64,000 nt of DNA from assembly GCA_963741095.1 (NCBI GenBank), contig CAVUGN010000004.1, positions 32,001-96,000 of the forward strand, written 5' to 3'. The position numbers and the translations under genes were made by a program. The notes under the pieces were generated by a model that searched no databases, was not told the DNA's origin, and saw only the letters and a list, made by a program, of their open reading frames with translations. This document shows, in pieces, positions 39,004 through 46,784 of this stretch. Every line of letters begins with the position of its first letter. Position 1 is the stretch's first letter. The stretch comes from an uncultured Candidatus Micrarchaeota archaeon (GTDB lineage: Archaea; Micrarchaeota; Micrarchaeia; Micrarchaeales; Micrarchaeaceae).

Positions 39004-39894
39004 ATGATAAAGGTAACGTTCCTGGGAACTTCGGGCTCCGCTCCCACAATTGAGAGGAACCTCCCTAGCGTGGCCTTGGAATACAACGGCGACGTCTTCC
39101 TGTTCGACTGCGGCGAGGGCACCCAGCGTCAGGTTCTCAAATACTCGGTGAACCTTTCGAAGACAAAGGCGATATTCCTCAGCCACATGCACGGCGACCA
39201 CTCAATAGGCGTTGCTGGCGTGGTCAGGACACTGGCACTGAACAGGAGGTCCGCGCCTCTGCAGATATTCGTGCCGAAAGGAGAAGAAAAAGCGATAAAG
39301 CCGCTGCTTGAATTCGACAAGGCGGTGATGAGCTACGACATACTGATCAAGCCGATAACGGCCGGGACCATCTACGATGGCCACGGCTTCAAGATAACCG
39401 CGTTCAAGCTCTCGCACTCTGTGCGCGCGTACGGCTTCGTTTTCAAGGAAGACGACAAACTGCATTTCATAAAGGACAAGGCGAAAGAGGCGGGGCTGAA
39501 AGGGCCAATGTTCTCAAAACTAGTGAAGAGCGGAAGGATCACGATAGACGGGAAGAAGATAAGGCTCAAGGACATGACAACAAAAGAGCCTGGCAAGACC
39601 GTTGTCTATTCGACCGATACAAGGCCGTCGAAGGAGATAATCACCGCATCAAAAGGAGCGGACCTGTTGATATACGAATCGACCTACGCGAACTCGGAGG
39701 GCAAGCTGGCGATTGAGCGCAAGCATTCTACTGCCGAGGAGGGTGCTGAATTGGCAAAGAAGGCGAAGGTAAAGAAACTGGTGTTAACGCATATAAGCAC
39801 AAGGTACAAAAATGCTTCAATACTATTAAATGAAGCAAGGAAAAAGTTCACAAACGTTGAGCTTGCAAAGGATGGACTTGCTTTAACGATATAA
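39004..39894 (+). CDS. rnz: Ribonuclease Z
   Basis: FLGTSG..PT..RN, DCGEGTQ, SHMHGDH, DTRP, KHST, THISTRY. Confidence 0.97.
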   Translation: MIKVTFLGTSGSAPTIERNLPSVALEYNGDVFLFDCGEGTQRQVLKYSVNLSKTKAIFLSHMHGDHSIGVAGVVRTLALNRRSAPLQIFVPKGEEKAIKPLLEFDKAVMSYDILIKPITAGTIYDGHGFKITAFKLSHSVRAYGFVFKEDDKLHFIKDKAKEAGLKGPMFSKLVKSGRITIDGKKIRLKDMTTKEPGKTVVYSTDTRPSKEIITASKGADLLIYESTYANSEGKLAIERKHSTAEEGAELAKKAKVKKLVLTHISTRYKNASILLNEARKKFTNVELAKDGLALTI

Positions 39895-39897
39895 AAT

Positions 39898-39969
39898 GAG
39901 CCCGTAGTCGAATGGTAAGACGTCACGTTGACAACGTGGAGATCAGGAGTTCGATTCTCCTCGGGCTCA
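39898..39969 (+). tRNA. tRNA-Val(GAC)
   Basis: GAGCCCG/CGGGCTC-A; TCACG-TTGACAA-CGTGG; AGGAG-TTCGATT-CTCCT. Confidence 0.97.
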
Positions 39970-39997
39970 TATCGATTAAGAAAAGAACCGTGCTGGT

Positions 39998-40678
39998 TTA
40001 TCTCGCCAAAGGCACTATGGCATTGATGTCAGGGTCATCGTAAGCACACAAGTACTGCCGTTCCCACCCATCCTCCGAATTTATCATGTAATCTATGTAT
40101 TTCAGCGTCACCGGCCGTCCTTCTTTGGCTGCCTTCAGGGCACTTTTTTTGACGTACACTACATCTTTGCCGTCATAGCGGTCTGCATATTTGTTCACCG
40201 CTTCACCTCCGGATATGCGTTTGAAAGTTGCTTTCCCACCGTTACGAATGATTTGATGCCATCTAGTCTCCTTTGGCATACCCGTGGAATCCACCGCTAA
40301 TACATCTCCATCCTTCTTCATCTTCTCTATTGTCTTCAAATCACCGACAACCTCATCAAAGGCGGCAAGAGTACCGCCTAATGATATTGCGGTATCCCGT
40401 GCATCCTTAACCAGTGAACGTTGGCTCTGAAATGTATAAGATTTTTGTTTCGGCGCCTTTACTGTTTTGGCATGCTTCTCGCCATTTTTATCCGGCAATT
40501 GCACTTTTGCGCCACCGACCTTGTCTAGCGCCGAAGCAGACGGGCTTTTCACCTCTTCCTCCCTGATGAACTCCTTTAGCGCTTCCACCGTTTCCAGAGT
40601 CATCCTTCCGCTCGTCGCTGTGTTGCCGTTCAACTCAGCAGAAGCATTCGATTTCGTCACGCTTTTACTTGAATCCAT
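39998..40678 (-). CDS. Hypothetical protein: shared N-terminal tag plus possible C-type-lectin-like domain
   Basis: Tag GRMTLETVEALKEFIREEE; KSYTFQSQRSLVKDARDTAISLGGTLAAFDE resembles the CTLD beta1-alpha1 signature. Confidence 0.75.
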   Translation of the reverse strand: MDSSKSVTKSNASAELNGNTATSGRMTLETVEALKEFIREEEVKSPSASALDKVGGAKVQLPDKNGEKHAKTVKAPKQKSYTFQSQRSLVKDARDTAISLGGTLAAFDEVVGDLKTIEKMKKDGDVLAVDSTGMPKETRWHQIIRNGGKATFKRISGGEAVNKYADRYDGKDVVYVKKSALKAAKEGRPVTLKYIDYMINSEDGWERQYLCAYDDPDINAIVPLAR

Positions 40679-40701
40679 CCAAACACACGACCGTTACCTG
40701 T

Positions 40702-41184
40702 TCAAACATCCCTCAAAATCACCATGGGTGCTTTTGCTTTGAAATCAGAATCATCAACTTCAACGCCGATAAACTCTGCTTCAGTATAAGCAAAGAAAGG
40801 CGTATCCCCATTCTCGGGTCTGAGGTGCGCCCACTCCCCCCGCTTCACTGCCTTGGAAAGAACGGCAAACGACTTCCCATCATATATCAATCTCCTCACA
40901 TCTTTAGCGGTGAGCAACTCCTTTCCCTCGATGCTGGCTATCTCTTCCGTGCGCTTAACATTCACTCCTTTGCCCTTTTCGAATCTCAGGATCTCGTATG
41001 TCTCGTCCCCGATCTTGATGGATGTCCTACTGGCCACCCCGGGCAGCTCGGTTTTTGCATCGTTAACCGTATGAATCTGCACTGAAGCCGATATCCTTTC
41101 CGCATCCTCGCTCCTTACGAATGCCCTTATCACCTCTATCCTCTCAAGAGTCATCAGTCCGTCATTTTTTGCGTTGGTTTCCAT
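40702..41184 (-). CDS. Hypothetical protein with shared N-terminal tag
   Basis: Tag GLMTLERIEVIRAFVRSED; its stop is 23 nt before the next start. Confidence 0.75.
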   Translation of the reverse strand: METNAKNDGLMTLERIEVIRAFVRSEDAERISASVQIHTVNDAKTELPGVASRTSIKIGDETYEILRFEKGKGVNVKRTEEIASIEGKELLTAKDVRRLIYDGKSFAVLSKAVKRGEWAHLRPENGDTPFFAYTEAEFIGVEVDDSDFKAKAPMVILRDV

Positions 41185-41223
41185 TTCATACCTTTTTTGC
41201 TGCGTCCTTGAGCTTTTCCCAGC

Positions 41224-42636
41224 TCAATCCCCGCTCCAGTCCATCCATGTCTCTTTCCTTAATGCGTCCTTGAGCAGCTTTTTCATTTCTTTGTCATGGG
41301 TGTAGTGCATCACATTCTTACCCGAATTATCCTTCCAACTCACCTTTGCCCCCGCTTGTATCAGCATCTCGGCCATCTTTCTATTGCCGTGAAATACGGC
41401 ATGCGTCAGCGCTGTCCGGCCTTCGCTTTCAACCACGAGATTCGCACCGCCGTCTATCAAATTTCTTACCATGTCCAAGTCCGGATTGTCTTTGCTGACT
41501 TCATCAAGCAGCGTTGTCCCCCGCTCTGTTGCTGTGTCTTCCAGCAGCTTTTTTATATCCTTGTCTTTGGTTACTTCCATAGCCCTCTGGATTGAGTTCG
41601 AGCCGCTGGATATCAAAGTTTCAACCGCTTCCTTATGGCCCTCTTTCGAAGCCCACATCAGTGCGGTCCAACCGTGTTCATCTCTCGCATTCACTTCCGC
41701 TCCGTCGTTCAGCAGTACTTTGACCATTTCATTACAACCATACATCGAGGCTTGCATCAACGGTGTCGTACCATCATGGCTCTTTACATTTACATCAGCC
41801 CCGTGGCGTATCAATGTCTCGGCAATTTCGAGCGTATCCCCATATGAAGCGTATATCAGCGCTGTGCGACCAGAATTGTTGCTGGCGTCCACCTCGGCGC
41901 CGCTGCTCAGCAAAACGTCAACTACTCCTTTATGCTCTTCTTGTGAAGCCCACATCAGGGCTGTGCTACCTGTGCTGGACTGCAGATTCACATCTGCCCC
42001 GTTTTTCAGCAGGATTTTGATAATATCCTCATAACCCTCCTTCGAAGCCTCCATCAGCGCCGTCCGGTTTCCCTTGTTCTCCAAAGTAGAATCGGCGCCT
42101 TTATTCAGCAGTATACCAACCGTTTCATCATAGCCGTTAATCGAAGCCAAAATCAGCGCCGTGTTTTCGTAATTGCCCGTCATGTTTACGTCTGCCTTGC
42201 CGTCCAGCAGCATCCTGACAACATCATTGTGGCCGCAATACGAAGCCCACATAAGCGCGGTCCAGCCGTCCTCATCACTCAGGTTCACATCAGCCTTGCG
42301 GTCCAGCAATGCCTCAACCGCCTCGCTGTAGCCGGACATCGAAGCGTACATAAGCGCAGTCATACCTTTATGATCCTTTAGATTCACGTCCGCCCCTTTC
42401 TGTAAAAGCTCTTTAATTCCTTCAATATTTCCCGCCTTTACCTCCTTGAACAGCGCATTTCCCAGCTCCTTTGCTCTATCTACGCAAACAACAGGCTCAT
42501 TTGTAGCCCCTCTATGCAACATGGCCGCATTGTTGGCTGCTATGTTGGTTTGTTCATCCGTCTGTCTGACGAATGCCTTTATCGAGTCCAACCTTTCGGG
42601 GGTTATCCTTCCGTCCTTGTTCGAGCTGTTTTCCAT
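41224..42636 (-). CDS. Ankyrin-repeat protein with shared N-terminal tag
   Basis: About eight tandem 33-aa G.TALM.AS..G..E.V..LL..GADVN repeats plus a second short block; tag GRITPERLDSIKAFVRQTD. Confidence 0.95.
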   Translation of the reverse strand: MENSSNKDGRITPERLDSIKAFVRQTDEQTNIAANNAAMLHRGATNEPVVCVDRAKELGNALFKEVKAGNIEGIKELLQKGADVNLKDHKGMTALMYASMSGYSEAVEALLDRKADVNLSDEDGWTALMWASYCGHNDVVRMLLDGKADVNMTGNYENTALILASINGYDETVGILLNKGADSTLENKGNRTALMEASKEGYEDIIKILLKNGADVNLQSSTGSTALMWASQEEHKGVVDVLLSSGAEVDASNNSGRTALIYASYGDTLEIAETLIRHGADVNVKSHDGTTPLMQASMYGCNEMVKVLLNDGAEVNARDEHGWTALMWASKEGHKEAVETLISSGSNSIQRAMEVTKDKDIKKLLEDTATERGTTLLDEVSKDNPDLDMVRNLIDGGANLVVESEGRTALTHAVFHGNRKMAEMLIQAGAKVSWKDNSGKNVMHYTHDKEMKKLLKDALRKETWMDWSGD

Positions 42637-42740
42637 CAAAAAAGCCTCGTTACAAGTGCGATTTGGAGATACTTATGCCTTGCAACGACCTTCGTCAATC
42701 GTAGAAGTCGGCACTCCACAAGAATATTTATTACTTCAAA

Positions 42741-43628
42741 ATGGAGTATACTGCGATGAGAAACAGTTCTGAAAACAGGTTCTGGGCGTATCTGGTCCCG
42801 CTGCTGATCATTGCGATGATGGCGGCATCAAGCCTGTTTTATGCGATCTTTCTGCCCAAACAGGAGAGTGTGTTGGGGGGATTTTTCGGGATATACACCA
42901 GCATTTTCAACGGGTACACTGAAGTTTCGGGGCAATTCTTGGTGGCAGCCCTGAACGCCCTGACTGCAATGATGTTGGTGGCATTTTCCGCAGTCTGCAT
43001 CGACAAACTGCTGCACCTCAGGAAGCACATAAACTTCATCTTCCTGATGATGCTGGCATCGCAATTCCTGTTCGTAGGCCTGGTTGGTTTCAACACCCCT
43101 GGATTTGCCGGTGGCGTCTCATTGTTCGACACGGACTGCATGGTGGTAATCATAGCGGCATTCCTGATGGGCATTGCCACCCTTCTTTCGAAGTCCGTCA
43201 GAACCGGCCGGCGAGCAATCGACAGGATGGGCCCGGGGTTCTTCGTGTTCTCCGGAGTATGCCCTGCGATGCTGGTTGCGCTTCTCTCCGCCGCTGACAA
43301 CAATTATGCCTACATCTACTACGCGCCCATGCTGGTCCTGCTTTCCCTGTTCTATTACTACCTCTACAGCTGGAAGAAGCTGGAATCCGAATCGACAAGG
43401 CTGCTGGGCATCTGGCTGTTAATCGTGATGCTGCTTCTATCAATGGAACTGTACCTGATGTACATAATCGTAGCGCCGCATCTTGTTGGCCTGCTGCTTT
43501 ATTCGGGCATGCTTGTTTTTGCATACTGCGTTTATGCAATCTACCTGATACGCACCGGAAAAATCTTCGGCACCGGCAAAAAGAAGACAAGAGCAAAAAC
43601 GCCAAGACGTAGAATCCGCAATGCCTGA
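42741..43628 (+). CDS. Polytopic membrane protein, divergent rhomboid-like
   Basis: 7-8 hydrophobic segments; YTSIF, LNAL, GGVSL and PHLVG occur in rhomboid order. Confidence 0.5.
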   Translation: MEYTAMRNSSENRFWAYLVPLLIIAMMAASSLFYAIFLPKQESVLGGFFGIYTSIFNGYTEVSGQFLVAALNALTAMMLVAFSAVCIDKLLHLRKHINFIFLMMLASQFLFVGLVGFNTPGFAGGVSLFDTDCMVVIIAAFLMGIATLLSKSVRTGRRAIDRMGPGFFVFSGVCPAMLVALLSAADNNYAYIYYAPMLVLLSLFYYYLYSWKKLESESTRLLGIWLLIVMLLLSMELYLMYIIVAPHLVGLLLYSGMLVFAYCVYAIYLIRTGKIFGTGKKKTRAKTPRRRIRNA

Positions 43629-43682
43629 GCAACGCAGAACAATATTCATATCTTATGGTGCATAAACTATCATAACATCAAG

Positions 43683-45590
43683 ATGCTTGTAATGACGAAG
43701 AACAATGTCACCATAGGGCTCATCCAGACTGCCGTTTCTGAAGACCTGGAGGCCAACCTGAAAAAGACCGTTGCCAAGATAGCCGAAGCCGCGAAAAAGG
43801 GCGCGCAGATAATCTGCCTGCAGGAGCTTTACCGCACAAGGTACTTCCCGCAGCACGAAAAGAAGGATGCAAGCGCCCTGGCGGAGACCGTGCCAGGCGA
43901 ATCGACTTCGGTCCTGTCCGATCTGGCGAAGAAGCTTTCCGTTGTGATAATAGTACCCATATTCGAAAAGGATCCCAGCGGCAAATACTACAATTCCGCG
44001 ATCGTGATCGATGCTGACGGGAAGTTGATGGGCACCTACCGCAAGATGCACATACCCCATGACCCGTTCTTCTACGAGAAAAGCTATTTCACCGCAGGTG
44101 ACCTCGGCTACCGGGTCTTCAAGACGCGCTACGCCTCGATTGCGGTGCTGATATGCTACGACCAATGGTTTCCCGAAGCGGCGAGGATATGCACGCTGAA
44201 AGGAGCCGACATAATCTTCTATCCTACCGCGATCGGCTACCCTGACGGTTACCAATCGCCTGACGAGGATTGGCAGGAGGCATGGGAAGTCATACAGCGT
44301 TCGCATTCCATCGCCAACGGCGTGCACGTCGCGGCAGTGAACCGCGTCGGCAGGGAGGGCAGCATAACCTTCTGGGGAGGATCGTTTGTCAGCGACGCTT
44401 TCGGGAAAGTCCTCAAGAGGGCCGGCAAGGAAGAGGAGGTGCTTATGGTCAAGATAGACACCAGTCAGAACAAGATGCTTCAAGACGCCTGGGGCTTCCA
44501 CAAGAACCGCAGGCCGGAAACATACGCACCGATAATCTCCCAAGATACACCTGCTCATCTTGGATACCATATGCCTGCAGAATGGGAAAAACACAAGGCC
44601 ACGTGGCTGTCATGGCCGCATGATCCGCTGACCTTTCCCAACGGCGTGGAGAAGGCGGAAAAGACGTACCTTGAGATAATAGGCGCGCTGCAAAAAAGTG
44701 AGGATGTCAATCTCTTTGTTACTGATAACGATGCAAAAGCGAGAGTTTCAGGCCTGCTGAAGTCAAGCGGCATAGATCAAAAGAGAGTGAAATTCCACGT
44801 CTGGGACTATGCGGACGTCTGGATGCGCGACTACGGCCCGATATTCCTTGTCAACAAGAACACAAAGAAACTTGCAATGGTGCATTGGATATTCGATGCA
44901 TGGGGCGGCAAATATGCCGAGCTCATGAAGGACACTGGAATGCCGGATTTCATAAACCAGGAATTGAAAATAGAGTGCTTCACTCCGGGCATCGTACTGG
45001 AAGGCGGATCGATAGACGTGAATGGCAGCGGCACGCTCATGACAACCGAGCAGTGCCTCCTGAACAAGAACCGGAATCCCAGCCTCTCAAGGAAGGACAT
45101 TGAGAGATACCTCATGGACTACCTCGGAGTGAGAAACATCATCTGGATAAAGGGCGGGATCGAGGGCGACGACACCGACGGGCATGTCGATGACATCGCG
45201 CGCTTCGTCAATTCCAACACCGTTGTCTGCGCCTATGAAGAGGACGAAAGGGACGAGAACCATTCGATACTGAAGGAGAATTACGAGATGCTGCTAAAAG
45301 CAAAGGATCAGGATGGGAACAGACTGAACGTGATACGCCTGCCCATGCCGCCTCGGCTTGATGACAAATTCACCGACGGGGGCAAAAGACTGCCCGCAAG
45401 CTACCTGAATTTCTACATCGGCAGCGAGGTTGTGCTCGTGCCTGTGTTTGGGCATAAGAATGATGCCATCGCGCTGAAAATCATCCAGGAGGCGTTCCAG
45501 AACAGAAAAGTGGTCGGCATCAACTGCTCGGATCTCGTTTATGGCCTGGGCGCAATCCACTGCATCACGCAGCAGCAGCCCGAGATATGA
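43683..45590 (+). CDS. Fusion: N-carbamoylputrescine amidase-like nitrilase plus agmatine deiminase
   Basis: N-half CLQEL, YRKMHIP, ICYDQWFPE (E-K-C triad); C-half MPAEW, DVWMRDYGP, LEGGS, DDTDGHVD, GAIHCITQQ. Confidence 0.95.
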   Translation: MLVMTKNNVTIGLIQTAVSEDLEANLKKTVAKIAEAAKKGAQIICLQELYRTRYFPQHEKKDASALAETVPGESTSVLSDLAKKLSVVIIVPIFEKDPSGKYYNSAIVIDADGKLMGTYRKMHIPHDPFFYEKSYFTAGDLGYRVFKTRYASIAVLICYDQWFPEAARICTLKGADIIFYPTAIGYPDGYQSPDEDWQEAWEVIQRSHSIANGVHVAAVNRVGREGSITFWGGSFVSDAFGKVLKRAGKEEEVLMVKIDTSQNKMLQDAWGFHKNRRPETYAPIISQDTPAHLGYHMPAEWEKHKATWLSWPHDPLTFPNGVEKAEKTYLEIIGALQKSEDVNLFVTDNDAKARVSGLLKSSGIDQKRVKFHVWDYADVWMRDYGPIFLVNKNTKKLAMVHWIFDAWGGKYAELMKDTGMPDFINQELKIECFTPGIVLEGGSIDVNGSGTLMTTEQCLLNKNRNPSLSRKDIERYLMDYLGVRNIIWIKGGIEGDDTDGHVDDIARFVNSNTVVCAYEEDERDENHSILKENYEMLLKAKDQDGNRLNVIRLPMPPRLDDKFTDGGKRLPASYLNFYIGSEVVLVPVFGHKNDAIALKIIQEAFQNRKVVGINCSDLVYGLGAIHCITQQQPEI

Positions 45591-46709
45591 TCACATATCC
45601 TCGAACAGGCTGGAATAGAACTTATCGATGTTCGAGATTGCGAAGGCATCCATCCCCTTCGCGTTGCTTATGTACCTGGATTTGTCGCCGCTCTTAAGCA
45701 TCTGGACAATCCTGCCGGGTATCCTGCTCTCCTTTTCAACGACGCACATCTTCCTCACCTCCTTCGGCACCGGGGAATAATCTGGGAGCACAACGGGCGT
45801 GCCCAGTGCAAGGCTCTCCAGGACTACCAGGCTCAGGCCTTCTCTCTCCGACATCTGTAGCAGCAACTGAGAACCCTTCACCCTGCCAAAGAGCAGTTTC
45901 TTGTCCCTCTCGCGGTAGAAGCCCCTCATCTCGACCGTCTTGTTCAGCCCAAGCTGGCTTATCATGTCCTTTATGCTGTCTCTCTCCGGTCCCTCTCCTA
46001 CCAACAGTACCTTCAGCCCCCTGATCCTCGTGCTTACCTTCTTGACAATTGTAAGCCATTTATCCAGTCTTTTCTCTTTTATCATGCGGCCGTAGAAGAC
46101 TATCTGGCTGTTGCCCACTGGCTTTATCCCGCCCATGAGCCTGTCATCTATGACCGGAGTGAAAACGTGTATCTTCTTCCTGTTGACTCCGCATTCTTCG
46201 AGCCTCTCCGCGGTCACGCTGGAGTTCGCTATGTACGCGTCTGCGACTCTTATGAACGCGGATGCGTAAGCGTTCGCGATGCTGCCGAAAAAGCTCCCGA
46301 GGTAGCTCGTCCAATAGTCCCTGTCCCAGACCTCGTGCACATCCAGTATCAATTTGCAGTTGTAGAGCTTGCAGTACAGCTTCAGCGTAAAGATGTGGAG
46401 CACCGGAAACTCGTTCGCCTGTATGTAATCGAACCTGTACCTGAAAAGCCTGAACATGTCTATCGAGAAGACGATCGCCTCCCTTATCGATCTTCTGCCA
46501 TGCCGGTAGAACTTGTCCTTGGTGATGTTGTGCTTGGTGTGGAAAATGACGCCGTCGCGCTTGAACTCCCCTTCCATGCCCGGCCATCGGAACGAGAAGA
46601 AGTGCACCTCGTGCTTCTTCGCGAGCTCCCTTGACTCGGTGCCCTCAAGAGTCTCAATTCCCCCGATGTTCCACGGGTAAACCGCATCTGACACGAACGC
46701 AATTTTCAT
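45591..46709 (-). CDS. GT4 glycosyltransferase
   Basis: MKIAFVSDAVYPW..GG.E, GRMIKEK, SEREGLSLVVLES. Confidence 0.92.
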   Translation of the reverse strand: MKIAFVSDAVYPWNIGGIETLEGTESRELAKKHEVHFFSFRWPGMEGEFKRDGVIFHTKHNITKDKFYRHGRRSIREAIVFSIDMFRLFRYRFDYIQANEFPVLHIFTLKLYCKLYNCKLILDVHEVWDRDYWTSYLGSFFGSIANAYASAFIRVADAYIANSSVTAERLEECGVNRKKIHVFTPVIDDRLMGGIKPVGNSQIVFYGRMIKEKRLDKWLTIVKKVSTRIRGLKVLLVGEGPERDSIKDMISQLGLNKTVEMRGFYRERDKKLLFGRVKGSQLLLQMSEREGLSLVVLESLALGTPVVLPDYSPVPKEVRKMCVVEKESRIPGRIVQMLKSGDKSRYISNAKGMDAFAISNIDKFYSSLFEDM

Positions 46710-46784
46710 CTCTTCACGTAAAAACTTATAAACAGCACCATTTAATATTGATGTTGTGAATTTAATCCCTTTGATTGTGATGCG

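Noticed and set aside
41201-41274. 13-bp direct repeat TGCGTCCTTGAGC at the ankyrin gene end
   Set aside because: Only two copies; likely a local duplication of the C-terminal coding sequence, not a target-site duplication or array.
39950-43680. Integrated element at tRNA-Val(GAC)
   Set aside because: No duplicated tRNA 3' end (att) or integrase was found by eye, so it is not called a mobile element.
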